A stretch of DNA of 64,000 bases, from NCBI GenBank assembly GCA_964247055.1, contig OZ176056.1, forward strand, positions 6,572,001 through 6,636,000, in the 5' to 3' direction. Position 1 is the first letter of the stretch; each line of letters starts with the position of its first letter. Source of the stretch: Paragordius varius. Taxonomy: Eukaryota; Animalia; Nematomorpha. The notes beneath the pieces are model-generated. The model saw only the letters and a list, made by a program, of their open reading frames with translations. It did no database searches and had not been told where the DNA came from. Positions 12,301 to 24,972 of this stretch are shown piece after piece. Position numbers and translations under genes: made by a program.

Positions 12301-15300
12301 AAGTATGATGTGCACCAACATTACCCACACCATCGAACGTGTGTTGGTTTTGGTAGACCAGAGAATTTCTTTGTTTCCGACTTACTACATGTCTCCCAGC
12401 CTCAGTTGCATTGTAAATTGTGGTATTTTTAGTTTTAGCATAACTGCCTTTGTTTGATAGTTTTACAGCATCTTCATAGCAATTATTATCGTTGGTAGAC
12501 AAAATAGTTTGATCATTATTCAAGTATTGTACCATTTCTCGTTCATTTGTGGGATGAAAAGATGGGTGTTTCCTTATATTTTCATCATTAAAGTGTCCCC
12601 CAAATTTTTTGGGTCGTGCTGAATTGTAGATATTATGGGAATTTGAGGCGTCTTTATATTCATCATCGTTGCTTTCATTATCCTCTATGTAACCATCATA
12701 TTCTGGCGTATCTTGTAACTTAGGTAATCTATATGATTAAAAAACAAAATAAATGGGTAATTTTTCATGTTATTATAGAGTTAAAGAATCAATTTTTTTA
12801 TTCAAAAAGCTAACATATATTAAAAAAATAATCTAAACTATTGGACATATATATATATACACAAAAAATTGTGCAGGATTTGAATATAGTCAAATATTTT
12901 AGATAAGAGAAAAAAACCTGTCCATATAAATTTATATTGACTTCATATATAATAAAGGTTTGCTGATATATAAACGGGTAAACGAATTTTCATGGATAAA
13001 TATTAGATGTGTATATAAAAAAATGACGTTAAAGAATCGTTATAAAAAAATATACTAAATTAACATTTCAATGTCATATTCAGGTATTATTATATTATAA
13101 AGCATTGAACATCTAAGGATTAGAAGACAAAAATAGAAGATTTCTATAAAATTTATATAATTTTGCTCTGCTATAATTTCAATGACACACAATTTATTGT
13201 GACGAAAAAAACGGACACGCAAAATCCAAAAAATATCGATAAACACAAATAAGTTAGTGATGGTTTTGTAAAAAAAACTAGAGAGTGGCAGTTTTATTTT
13301 AAGATTTTGATATATATAATCTTAAAATTAATAAAAAATATGCAAATAACTGTGTTGTTTAATATATATTTTTATTTTTTTAATATATGTAATAAAAAAA
13401 CGCAAAAAATTATATATTTATAAGTAAGCTTGGATCAATTAAAAATCGATATTCTTCTATTGGCCATTCTCAATTAATAGGCAATTATTTATATAAGTTA
13501 TAGTATATTAACTATTGTTTATTATCAAGCGTTTTCGTTTTTTAATTAAAAATATATATTGTAATTATACGTTCATTGTCTCAACGCTAATAAATACAAC
13601 AAAATAAATACAATGGAATTGTTATGAAATGGCATAGAATTGTAAATAGCTTTACAAATTTTGGTTAATAAATACATCTGTAGCATTAAAGAATCTAATT
13701 TAAAAGGGTTATGATATTGGTATTAACAACATTAGACGGCATATATAATAATACATTTTATAAAAAATATTTTTAATTAAACGCTAAAAGTATCATTAAT
13801 TTAGTGCTTTAAATTTTCAAAGCGGAGTGAATTAAATTAAAATTTCAAATTATTATATTTTACATTTCTAAAGATGTCAAAATTATGTAATATAAAATGA
13901 TTTTATACCATAACTGTGACCGCATTTAAACAAAGTTTACATGTGTTTTAATAATTTATATTTTTAAGCCAAATAGATTAAACTTTATTAGCGCATTCAT
14001 AATAAACCTAATTTCAAAACAATTATTAAACTTAATTTAAAAAATAAATATTGCACTGTATTTCAATAAAAAATCCAGATTAAATAATTATAATCAAATA
14101 GAAAATATACAGCAAAAGTATTATCAAAGGCATTTTAAAATAAATATATTTTTAAAAGTTTTGGCGATTTATCTAATAATAATCCAAAAGATGTTTAGTT
14201 TATTTAGTATAAAATCATTATTTTGCCTTATTACTTTTATTATTATAATGTATATTGCGCCTAAAAAACACTATAATGCAAATTAAGGTTGGCCGAACAT
14301 CAAAGATACTCTCGGATTTTTTATATTTTTTGGCTTTGTAAAAAATATTTTTAACGGTATCAAAAACTTTCAGCAAGATTTAAAATTTTTATGTAACATT
14401 TAAAAAGTTAAGTAACCAATATGGCTATATCTTGCGATTGGTACAAACTTCGACCGCCAAATACAGAAAAGGAAGATAATTAATAAATAGTTAAAACATT
14501 TTGCGTAAGATAACTATTAATTAACTTCAACTTTTACTTTAAAGAAATATAGTTAATATTATTATGGCTCGAATTCATAACTTAATAAAGTGTTTTTAAT
14601 TCTTTAAATACTAAATAATAAGTTGTTTAATTAAATGACAAACAAATTAAAATTAGTTAAAAATGAAAGAAGTTATATTTTCAATGTTGCAAGTTGTCGG
14701 AATCGACCTTAGAAACAACAACAAAATCACAAACCAACTAGCTTCGATTCCGAAATGGGGGATCGTTTTCCAGTCGATAAAAATGAATGAATATAAAATA
14801 ATATGTATATATAGTAAAATTTGAAAATAATCAAAATTTAATATTGCACAAGTTGGTTTTTGATAACAAACAATTAATTTATAAATGATTGCTATTGCAA
14901 TCAACTTTTGTCCATGTTGGTTACATTTATACCCTAAAGTTTAATTTGTATAATCACTGTATAGAAGTTGTTAAAATTTAATTATTAAATATGGTTTTAC
15001 TGTATTACATAAAAAAGCTTATATTTTCCAAAAGTCAAGATCTGGATTTCGAAACCACATTAAAACAAACAGCTGATAATATTATCATGGAAAAATATGC
15101 TACTAAAATTTAAAACTTAAAAGCTTTCCAAAAATTATGTACATATTGTAACCATATAATACATTAATTTACCTGTTGTAGCAAATTAAATAAAAATCAA
15201 AAAAATGCGTAAAAGTGTGAAATGAGGATCTTTTTTATAAATTTAAAACTTTTAAAAAAAATTTTGATCATGATAGTAGGCTAAAAACATATATTTAATT

Positions 15301-18300
15301 TTGGCCCAATATCTTAACGCATTTACATATTTGATATAGATCTGGGGCAAAGCTACCCCACTAAAATGGAGATATAAGTCGGTATATTCACTAATATTAT
15401 TATTTAAAAATAAGAGGTTAAAAATTAATAAATTTGAATCAGTCAAAATGTTTAATTAGGTTGTTTTTATCAATTTTTATTAATTTTGTTAAAAAAATTA
15501 AATAGGTATATAAAAACTAACATGAAATTAAAAGTTTACATTCAGCAAAAATTTGGTAAATAGTATTTTTAAGATTAGTAGATACTTTTTATATAAATTT
15601 TTATATAAAATAGCTAAAAAATAAAATATAAAAATAAAATTCAAAGGCTACCAAGATCGCATTTTTATTAGGTCATTTACGTTACTGTTTGTGTAACGAA
15701 AACTATTACAAGCAAACTTTAGAGATGAATAGGATATTAAATAAAATTAAGTTGAAAGAACATAAATTGGATTTAATTTTGATTAAAAATAAATCCTGTA
15801 ATCTAAACAGAGATTTTTATAAAATTAAAAAAATACATTTAAATTTTTTTTGCCGTAAAACATCAACCGAAATCATATCACAAAAGCCGTAAAAATATTA
15901 TATTAGTTGTGTTATTCATATTTAATTATAAAAATATAGTTATTATAATTGTACAAAATTTTTTACCTATATTTATTCAATTATAATAATTTAAATAAAT
16001 TTCGTTGATAAAAAATTTAATCAAATGCTATATGCATTCTAAATCATTAGATATTGTTTGTCAATTTGTCTATAGTTATGTTGTACAAACAAAAAATTTT
16101 GTGAAGTATGAAGCCGCCTTATATATCTTGGTCTTTTACCTAAAAGCTTAAGAATATGCAACTTGTAAATTACGGGCTTGCACATAGGTTTTTATTCCTG
16201 ATTATAATACAAACGGTCACATTAAAATACGGCTAAAAAGTAAAAATTAAATTTTTACAAAAGACAACCCCATAAATTTTAAAACCATAGAAACAATATA
16301 ATTTTGAAGCATATAAACGAGAGTGTAAACCAGGGGTGTCCAAAACGGCATGCGGCCAAAATATTTTTGCAGCTCGTGAGAAATTTCAAACATACACAAT
16401 CTTAGTAAAATTGATTTTATTTAACAAATTTTATAAATCTTTTCCAATTTTGGCAATGTACTAGTGAAAATTGATAAAATAAATAGTTTTTCACTTTAAT
16501 TTGTTAATTCTCTTATATAGTGCGAATGTGGCCCTTCGAATTTTTCGATCTAAATATGCGGCCCGCCAATCCATTTGTGTTGGACAAACATGGTGTAAAA
16601 AATTTAGATCGCACAAATATCAAATTTTTTTAGAAAAATTATCTTTTAGTTTTTATATTTTGCTTGTATATTTTCATTTTAGTGTAAAAAATGAAAATCG
16701 GGCAAAATAATAAAAACCAAACTATAGCCTATTAGTTAATTTATTTTTGTAATCAGAGGTGTACACAAATGGCTTCGCGGGCCATATTTTGAAAATGGGC
16801 TTTGATGAATATTTTATCGGATTTTAAACATTATACTATAAATTACAAACAGAGTATAACAATTTTCCCGTTGCCAATCGGGTGGACTAATTAGAAACTT
16901 TGTTTGATAAATATCGAATTCACTAAGATTTTGTGAGCTTATTTTTGCTAATTATAAATTTCCAAAATTTTTATGGGCCAACACGATGTCCCAAGGGTTG
17001 CGTGTTGGACACCACTGCTGTAAATGGATGTTACATGCTTAGTTCTACATTTATTTAAAAATAAATAAAAATTGGTAACGATTTTAAGAAATAAATAATT
17101 TTTCAAAATGTGAAAGTTAAACATGAAGAATAAAAGATTAAAATTATTAAATTATTTGGTTTTTATGCTCTATATTTTATATTTATTACAGAGAGATATG
17201 GCAACAAAAATATGTACTGTAAACAAATTTTATACCATCCGCATAATTCCCATTTATAAATTCAAAAAATCCGGTTTTAAACCTTAGGCAAATGCGTATT
17301 GTATAGACAAATCTATAACAAGCCATTCATTTAAAAAACCTTATTTTCTGGGAACTGGTGCCTAAACCGTCAAGGGTCATTGTAGAAGATATCGAATTGA
17401 CAAATATATCCGAAATAAATGATTTAAAAATTGCTTATGGCAAAAAATTTTTTTAAAACAATAGATAACCTCGGTTTTTTCCTTATTCACGGATTTAGCA
17501 TTTGACGAGGTCCTGTTTAACAAATTATCTAAGATTTAAATTAAAAATTTAATACTGTTATAGCAAAAATAGTAATAATTTTAATTACTATTTTTGGGCT
17601 AATATATTCATAAACTTATGTAATAAATAACAATTCTTCACCCTTGGCCACATTCATAAAAAGGTAGAATGATGGCTTATAATAAACATTTAGGTAGTAT
17701 CTGCCAAAGTGGAAAGCGATGCCTATTGTCAGAGCAGTTTTTTCTCTAAGAAATAATTAAAACCTTTATTTAATCTTTGAGTTCCAAATTTTTTTTTCAA
17801 ATCCACTAAATTTCTCTAGGTTGCGCATTTTAAAACCCTATCTAGCAGCTAAACTAACACTAAACAACAAATTTTTCTGCCACTCGAGTTTTTTGCATTT
17901 TCTGATATTTACTATTATTAAACAGTAAATCTAAAATAAACCCAATAATTTTGTATAATTTAATTTCTTTTGATTATGCGCCCTCCTTATTAAAATTTTA
18001 CTAAAAAATGTTTTTCTTTGAAAATTTACAACAACTGCCCATTTGTAATATATCATTCGAAAGAGTTATGAAAACTCTATAAAATGCCTAATATGTTTTA
18101 AAACGGTAGTTAATATTGGATATAGGAATCGACAAACGCGCGAAGCGAGAGCGTTTTTCTTAAATAATATATATTTTAAACTAATGGATGAAAACAGCTC
18201 AAACTTTGTCTAAATGGCGATGAATGTCCAAAAAAGATAATTCATAAAGGTTTTTTGATTATAACACTTACTTTTTTATTGCTTTTATGTCATTCAACCA

Positions 18301-21300
18301 GCTTTTAAGTTTTGTTTTTAAAAAATTACCATCTCATAAATATTAATTTATTTTCTTAAGGAGGATAATTTCAAAATTTCAAAGACCAAAATCAAACCAA
18401 GGTGATTTGGATCTTTTATAGCCATTATGTAATATCTTACAGTTATAACTATGCATTTTACTATCCAATAAGTAAAAATATCTGATAATAATTTCATAAA
18501 AAAAGCAAAGAAAGAACTTCTTCAAAGATTTTTTTTAATTTTTCACTAATATAACCCTAACTTTATTTAAATAATTTATGTGATTTTTAAATTAGTTTGT
18601 CTTTGAAATTTTTCGACTCATTTAAGGGTTGAAAATTTTGACCATATAAACCCAAATAACTTTTACATCAGATTGATTTAAATGACCACATTCAAAAGAT
18701 ACAGTTTTTCAAGCTCTTTCGAATGATATAAAATACATGGTTCTATATCTAAAACTTTTATTTTCGAAAATTTCGAGTTATTGAAATCGGGTCCAAAAAT
18801 TATCGATAAACTTTAATAAAAAATTTTTAGTTGTTAGAACAATTTTTTTTCAGATATACTATTTATATTTTTTAATAAAGTAATTTTTTAATTAACAAGA
18901 ATGGCAGTTAAAAACGACAAAATTTGTTGTCTAATATAATTAAAACCACTGCTTGAATTTACATATCTATTTAGTAAATATAGCCTCATCAATTGGGCGA
19001 AATGGTCGAAAAAAATATTTTAGGGAGTTTTACTTTTTACGCGGCAAAGCTTTAAAGGGGCTAAAAAATGGGCCGACTATATTCGGCACATTCGTAAAAA
19101 GTAAATTTTTTAAATGAATTTGAATGAGTTTACATTTTTTCGGAATATTGTCTCAAAAACACGAATTTGGGGACTTATATTGTTTAAAACCTCTATTTTC
19201 ACCCAGTAGGGGACTTAAATTAGAAATTAATTCGAAAAAGTAGCTCAACTATAATCGGCGCAATCTTAAATTAATAAAAATTTTCCATTAATGATTTTGA
19301 ATAGGGCTACACACATTTTACATATTTATTAAATATAGATTTCGGTAGTTCACACAGTAATATATTAAAATAACTACCGACATCTCAGTTCCGCCATCCC
19401 TAGGCATAAAATTTAAACCATATGCACAAAATGTTTATATCAATAATATTAAATACCATAATTTATTTTAATTTTAATAAATGTAAAGGTTAATTTTCTG
19501 ATTCCATGAAAACAAATATGATTAACTAGATAGAGGTTTTTATACAGTTATTTAAATATTGTCTACGAGAACGAATATTTTATGTTAAAATAATATTTGT
19601 ATACTCGTAAAATTTTTATTCAATTCAAACTATACCCAAAATTTTCACATGAGAGTATCTTTTTCAATGGATTAACTAAAACAAAACAAAAGAAAATAAT
19701 AAAAGATATAATTAAAACAAAATTTGAAAAATATAATTATAAATTATGATAACAAAAAAACACCTGACAAATTAAAGCTTCATCGGTCATATCTAAATGG
19801 CTTTAAAATTGTTTAAACAAAAACTTTGAAAAATTAAAATTATTGTTGCTTTTTTAAAAACATTAGCTATGAAGTTATTCAACGCCCAACCGGGTCTAAT
19901 ATCACTCCGCTTTATTGCCTTAAGATATTAGATTGAAATACAAAATTGAAATTGGCTTTGGCTCTAAAAACATACTTTTTATAAGCTATAAAACGCAATT
20001 TTAAATAATTATACTAAAATAAAAATTTAAATTTGAATTTTTTGCCGCTCACTATCTATGATCCAAATTAAATCGCTAGCAATCAGGTAATTAAATCTTT
20101 AAAACAGCTGATTGTTTCAATTAAAAATTTTTATTTCTAGAGGTGCATTGTAAAACACTTTTGTATAATGTGCAAATTATGTATTATATTTGTGTAACAT
20201 TATTTAGTAGATGTTGTGTTAATCTAACTCTAAGGTGAAAACCGAGAAAAATAATGTATAAAGTTGCTTAAATATAATTAAATTTAATAATTAACATCAT
20301 ATTACCTTTTAATTATTGGTTTTTTATTCGTTTTCATTCTTCTTTCTTTGATATATTTTAAACTACTGTTTTAAAATATATCCGTTAAACAAAAACGTAT
20401 TTCAATATACGAAATCAAAAAATTATTTTTAACAAAAACGTCATTAAATCGCACAACCAAACTAATGATGCTTAATTCTTTGATACTTAACTTTTGAGAT
20501 CCACTAAGCATTTCTACAAATATTTATATATAAAATAAGAAGCAGAGAGGATTATAATTAAACTTTATTTAAATTTAAGGTTATAATTCAACAAAAGTCC
20601 GTTGAAATGGGGTCAGCGGGGCATGTGAAAAACCCTAAGAAAACAAAAAAACCAACAACCAAGTTGTTTGTAATATTTGAAAAAACATCTTTTTAAACAT
20701 TGCGACACACTGCGAATTTAGGAAATTAACTACCCTCAAGTCAAGTTTCAAATAGCATATTTTAAAATATGAAATGATAAACACAAATAAAAAACAATTT
20801 ATCATAGATATTAACTAAAATTAAAAAAAAATATACCAAAATTACTTAAAATTTAATTTTATAGTTTACGCGAAGAATTTAGATAATTTATATATACCAT
20901 TTACAGTTCAAATTCACCCTCGAACAATTCAAATTCACCCTCAAACAATTCAAATTCACCCTAAAATAAATTATGTGTTTTCGAACTAATATAACTCATT
21001 AATTATATGAAATATATCTTTATGGCATAGTTTATTATCTTTTCAGTATTATTTTAATTTAAAACAAAATTTTTATTTTTTAAAAATATATTAAAAAAGA
21101 GGTAATTTTTTATCTCAAAAACATATATTTTATTTGAGGGTGAATTTGAATTGTTCGAGGGTGAATTTGAATTGTTTAAGGGTGAATTCGAATTGTTTAA
21201 GGGCGAATTTGAATTGTTTAAGGGTGAATTTGGATTGTGAATGGTATATAAGTATCTGTTAAATTATTTTTCTGTCCATATAATAATAATTAATTCGAAG

Positions 21301-21727
21301 GTTTATTTAATCACGATAATAAGTTAATTAGAATATTTTTTTAATAATTTTGCCATATGGAACTTGCATATTAAAAATATTAATCATAACCAAAATAAGG
21401 TAAGATAGATAAACTTTTCTTAAATAAAAATACACGTTTAAGAATTGTTAATTTAAACAAAAAACGGTTAAATATTTAAAATTACTATCAATCCTTTCCA
21501 TATAATTTGTTTTTCACCCAAATTACTTTGTGTAAAAATTCTGTTAAAAGGTATTTTTTTACTAAATTACACTACCAATTATATGTGAGAACAAGAAATA
21601 TTTGTCTTTATAATAAATATTAAAATCAGCTGTTTGTCGCATCCCTCAGCTTGAATTGCTTATTATATAATTACACTTCAAGCCATTTATCTCTTATCTT
21701 AGATAGCGTAAATACAATATAAAAGAA

Positions 21728-21770
<43 letters not shown>

Positions 21771-24700
21771 TTTTCCAAATTTGATTTTTTAAAAAAAAAA
21801 TTAAATTAAATACAAATTTGTTAAAAGGCCAAATGCATACATTACAAAATACAAAAGTATTTGTTTGATAGGTGTGGAAGTGGTTGCTTTAATTATTATT
21901 GATTTTTTTAAAATATTTAATCGATGTTTAGCACAACATTGAAATCTATCTTTGCAGATCGATTGATGAATTTATTATAATGATTGCAAAATAATGTCAA
22001 ACAAATTAAAATTGAAACTAATATAAGATCTTAGGTATACTTATTATACATGTTGCAAAATTTATTAATTTTAAAATAAAATAAAAAAAATCAATACGCT
22101 ATTTTTGCATTATCATCGCTTTTTATTCTGTTACATATATGTATAGATATATATTACAAAGATTTATATTGAATGTGAAGTATTTCTGTAGAAAAATGTA
22201 ATTTCAATTTAAAGTACCCAATTGTCCAGATCGCTTAAGAAAAATATTATTTTATATTGAAAAAAATTTATTTGATCCAAGTTTTTTATGATATGGTAAC
22301 AACTGTTTCAAAAGTTATATATAAACTTCTTCTTATTATAAAATTAAAATAAAACATTATAATGCAATTACATAAATTCAAATTACTATGGGCCAATACA
22401 TCAATCTTGGGTAACTTTTAAAAACAATATAAATTGAGGAATGAAACAAAAAACAGATGGCCTAAATGGAATTACTATCAAAATAATAAATCTCATATAT
22501 AACAATTTAGATAGAATGAAATGTAATTATAGTTTTATTTTAAATTAATTACCTTGATTTCGTTGTTTTGAATAAATTTTTCCCTTTCCCATATTGATTA
22601 TATGGACCACCATTTTTGTGCTTGGTAAAGTTTCGGTTTTTAGTGACTTTCAGCTTCTGTTTAGCCAACCTTTTTTTATTTTTTGACGTAGGCACCGAGG
22701 ATTGTCTACAGGTCTGTTTGTTTAACAATAATATCCGCTCAAGTAAGGTGTGCGGGGAATAATCCAATGATTTAGATCTCAAATCCTTTTTCCCAAACAA
22801 AGAAAGCTCCAAAGCACTCAGAGCCAGCAAAGATGCAAATGGATAAACTGGGAGTGAATAACGAGTTTTACCATTGCTGGCGACAGTTTTTTCAGTTTTA
22901 GTTATTTTAGCATTATCCGAATAGGAGGTTAAAGATGACACAAAAGCATTTATGGATGGTAGATTATTTTTTGGTTTTTTTGTTCTAATGGGATTATTAT
23001 TGTATTGTTTTGTTATCTCAGCAGAACGATTCCAAAAAGTGCTTTCTTGTTGGGTTTTTGGTGTTTGATTTGGGGCATCAAAATATACCGAGCTCTCTTC
23101 CCCTTCGCTGGGTATGACAGGGGATGTGTCAAACCCTGCATTTTTATCTTTTTTCTTGTTGTCTAGGGTAAGGGTTAAATTTAATTTATTTCTTAAATTT
23201 TTATTATTAATGTTGTTATCATCATAATTAGGATTGTAAGCCGGTTTGTGACCAATTTCTGTCACAAAGGGTTCAACCCTATCCATGGCCAAAATGTAAC
23301 GTTCCCTATCATGATAAAGGCAATGCAAACATACGCCAAAATTGAAATTAACATCGATTCTTGGTAAATGACTGTTATCAGATACCGATATATCGTCATT
23401 TGTGGTTGTTTTACTCTCAGAATTTAATAAAGCTCCGTGCGGTCTATTGATTTGGGGCGTACGGTTTCCAGGTACATTATATAACAGAACAGTTTCAGTA
23501 TTAATTGCTCTTTCAGGGAGCATTCTAATTGGTTCTCGCCGTTTTTTATGGCCCATATAGGATATTCCCGCCTTGACCAACTTTGAATCTTGGGATAAAT
23601 TATCATTATTACTGGTATTATCAATATCGCTGCCAAGTTTGCCTGAAATGGTATGGTTTAAATCGGAGTTCGATGCATTTGCAGATCTTGGGTATTGCAA
23701 ATTAAGGTTAGCGTTATTTATCCTATTTGTACTTTCATGGAGGTATGAATAAATATCATTATGGGATCGACTTATATCCTGTATTGGCATGATTTTCAAT
23801 TGATCTTTTATGAATCCGCTACCAGTTTGATTTGTCCCCCCTAACAGTGCTTTACGTGGTTTCTTAAGGAACTTACTAATTTTAGATTTCCCGCTATTGG
23901 GCCCAAAAAACCTTGTGGCATTTGTCGCTTCCTCATGGAATGGAGGTGGAGATAGGTTTTGAACCGGACAGGTTTTTGGCCCTCCATGTGATGAGTTTTT
24001 TTCACCTACAGGGTCATTTATGCTTGAATAATAATCCTCCTGTTTCTTTAAATTGTTTGCAAGATGTGTACAATCCCTGTCATTTGAAATGTTATCAGTT
24101 ACCGATATACTGGGAATCGTATAAGGCGTTGTAATAGGTTTAAACCTACCCTTCTCCGTTTCAGGAATTTGATCATCGTTTGACACCATATTTCTATCTT
24201 TGTCGTCTGAGTGTAGGCTGAATAAGTTTGTAACTGAACGTAGGATACCGGTTGAACTTTTTCTCCTCCGTTTTTTATCTGCATTAGTGGCGATTGGTTC
24301 AGATTTTGTTGACGTTTTTTGTGTATTGTTTGTGGTTGTGTTTGAAAAGAATGAATCACTTTCAGCATTTGAATTTTCTTCCCTACAAATATCACGAGCC
24401 GAATGTGCCTTTTGTATAGTAGCAGGGGTAGAAAATGTCGGTAGATCACACCCCAAACAAGATAGATTAGAAGTTTGCGAGGTATTGGAAGCACAACTAC
24501 TTTTCCGCAGGCCACCCAGGAAATTGCGAAATATTTTAAAGGATGGTATGTCATTCAGGTGAGAAAAACTATTTGGTTTATAATTTTTCGTATCATCTGC
24601 AGACGCTGAGAGCGCTAAACTGGAAGGAGTTGCTGAAACTAATCGATTTACATGTGTTTCTCCAAACTCTTGTAGCATAGGTTGTAGGCTACTAGACCTA

Positions 24701-24972
24701 CATCTATGACCCTCTCCTCTGATATCATAATATTCATCAACCACTTGTAAATTTTTTCTAGTGCTGATCAGTGGTTCCGATTTTTTTCTGGATCCTTCAT
24801 GTTCTAACTTTTTATGCCCATATTTTATTTCATCGTCGCAATAGTAGCACTGTAAAGCGGGTAACTTAGCCAAATTACTGCCAGGTATCTTAAAATGAGA
24901 AGTTGTGTCCTCAGTAGTTTCCATATTTTTCGTCGCACTTAAATTTGCATTTGAAATAGGTGAGGAAGACAT
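133..24972 (-). CDS. DGKZ: Diacylglycerol kinase, type IV (zeta/iota, rdgA-like); 19 exons, 3'-partial (continues off the window start)
   Basis: Exons (minus strand): 24972-22553, 12728-12269, 11637-11551, 9734-9602, 9534-9377, 9304-8597, 8414-8278, 7254-7114, 5962-5776, 5500-5430, 5109-4780, 4489-4107, 3114-3059, 2672-2610, 2527-2454, 2376-2241, 2120-1198, 974-566, 305-133. All introns are GT-AG with compatible phases. Motifs: two C1 domains ([23 protein letters not shown]; [26 protein letters not shown]), [70 protein letters not shown], and a C-terminal ankyrin repeat. It cannot be assigned to zeta versus iota. Confidence 0.95.
566..974 (-). CDS. DGKZ: DGK exon 18
   Basis: ttttAG acceptor in phase 2; ends [16 protein letters not shown] (start of an ankyrin-like helix); donor AAG|GTAACA. 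Confidence 0.82.
1198..2120 (-). CDS. DGKZ: DGK exon 17 (end of DAGKa plus P/S/E-rich tail)
   Basis: [16 protein letters not shown]...[12 protein letters not shown], continuing in frame into ORF 1194..1883; donor AG|GTAACT. Confidence 0.93.
2241..2376 (-). CDS. DGKZ: DGK exon 16
   Basis: [10 protein letters not shown]...[15 protein letters not shown]. Confidence 0.94.
2454..2527 (-). CDS. DGKZ: DGK exon 15
   Basis: [24 protein letters not shown]. Confidence 0.93.
2610..2672 (-). CDS. DGKZ: DGK exon 14
   Basis: [21 protein letters not shown], phase 0/0. Confidence 0.92.
3059..3114 (-). CDS. DGKZ: DGK exon 13
   Basis: [19 protein letters not shown], an invariant DGKzeta/iota motif. Confidence 0.95.
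3164..3718. repeat. Dispersed ~0.55-kb TIR repeat family (other copies or parts at ~7757-8073, ~37775-37810, ~40680-40950, ~57208-57720)
   Basis: Shared TTCAAATTGGGGT / ACCCCAATTTGAA inverted ends and internal CATGTCATG; superfamily not determined. Confidence 0.68.
4107..4489 (-). CDS. DGKZ: DGK exon 12 (insertion plus start of DAGKa); acceptor ambiguous (4489, 4510 or 4543)
   Basis: [26 protein letters not shown]; donor G|GTATGT. Confidence 0.88.
4780..5109 (-). CDS. DGKZ: DGK exon 11 (LDR|W plus insertion)
   Basis: gtAG|G TGG completes LDRW; the frame stays open to the donor AG|GTATAT. Confidence 0.85.
5430..5500 (-). CDS. DGKZ: DGK exon 10
   Basis: [24 protein letters not shown] matches the GY.DE...KIL...LDRW pattern. 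Confidence 0.9.
5776..5962 (-). CDS. DGKZ: DGK exon 9 (ATP-binding GGDG motif)
   Basis: [15 protein letters not shown]...[18 protein letters not shown]. Confidence 0.96.
6798..7054. mobile_element. Same MITE family, in DGK intron 8
   Basis: ACATTTACAATTC...GAACTGTAAATGG|TA. Confidence 0.8.
7114..7254 (-). CDS. DGKZ: DGK exon 8 (start of DAGKc)
   Basis: [34 protein letters not shown]. Confidence 0.95.
7428..7694. mobile_element. Same family as 43687-43960, in DGK intron 7
   Basis: TA|CAGTAAAATTACGGACAAAACGTAAAA...TTTTACGTTTTGTCCGTA...TACTG|TA. Confidence 0.85.
8278..8414 (-). CDS. DGKZ: DGK exon 7
   Basis: [12 protein letters not shown]...MIDDY; aacAG acceptor, AG|GTTAGT donor; phases fit both neighbours. 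Confidence 0.78.
8597..9304 (-). CDS. DGKZ: DGK exon 6 (end of C1b plus basic MARCKS-like region)
   Basis: [21 protein letters not shown]...LIIPPWWI, then an Arg/Ser-rich segment; donor AAA|GTATTA. Confidence 0.92.
9377..9534 (-). CDS. DGKZ: DGK exon 5 (first half of C1b)
   Basis: [31 protein letters not shown]. Confidence 0.93.
9602..9734 (-). CDS. DGKZ: DGK exon 4 (second half of C1a)
   Basis: [34 protein letters not shown]; donor T|GTAAG. Confidence 0.92.
9770..10783. mobile_element. ~1-kb TIR element in DGK intron 3, ending TGTGAACACAGTG
   Basis: Homologous to 31796-32860; the left boundary is degenerate. Confidence 0.5.
11551..11637 (-). CDS. DGKZ: DGK exon 3 (first half of C1a)
   Basis: [29 protein letters not shown], phase 0/0; below the ORF-track cutoff. 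Confidence 0.88.
12269..12728 (-). CDS. DGKZ: DGK exon 2
   Basis: catatAG acceptor; open frame RLPKLQD...TLKNHVDWT; donor ACA|GTATTT. VDW is the conserved motif preceding C1a. Confidence 0.88.
16331..16592. mobile_element. hAT (Charlie/Buster-like) MITE
   Basis: CAGGGGTGTCCAA...TTGGACAAACATG; TSD GTGTAAAC / GTGTAAAA. Confidence 0.8.
16754..17017. mobile_element. hAT MITE, related family
   Basis: CAGAGGTGTAC...TTGGACACCACTG; flanks TTTGTAAT and CTGTAAAT are similar but not identical. Confidence 0.7.
20897..21244. mobile_element. TA-target MITE with 21-bp subterminal tandem repeats
   Basis: TA|CCATTTACAG...GAATGG|TA; AATTCACCCT(C/T)(G/A)AACAATTCA units, about 3 on the left and 5 inverted on the right. 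Confidence 0.88.
21731..21768. repeat. (TA)n microsatellite (others near 8233, 25752, 26098, 29059, 29472, 56962, 58153)
   Basis: Directly visible. Confidence 0.95.
22553..24972 (-). CDS. DGKZ: DGK exon 1 (2420 bp, ~807 aa low-complexity N-terminus)
   Basis: The 807-aa ORF ends at TCA AG|GTAATT, a phase-2 donor that fits exon 2. Its end, NLFKTTKSR|L, resembles the LF..KAITKSGL junction I recall from DGKzeta. The link to the gene is inferred across a 9.8-kb intron. Confidence 0.72.

Noticed and set aside
14653-14904. Hydrophobic 83-aa ORF in DGK intron 1 as an alternative first exon or small membrane protein
   Set aside because: Non-ATG start, composition typical of AT-rich noise, and no fitting phase-2 donor found.
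20897-21244. Regular 21-bp repeats as a CRISPR-like array
   Set aside because: The units are directly tandem without unique spacers and are inverted between the two arms; this is a eukaryotic MITE.
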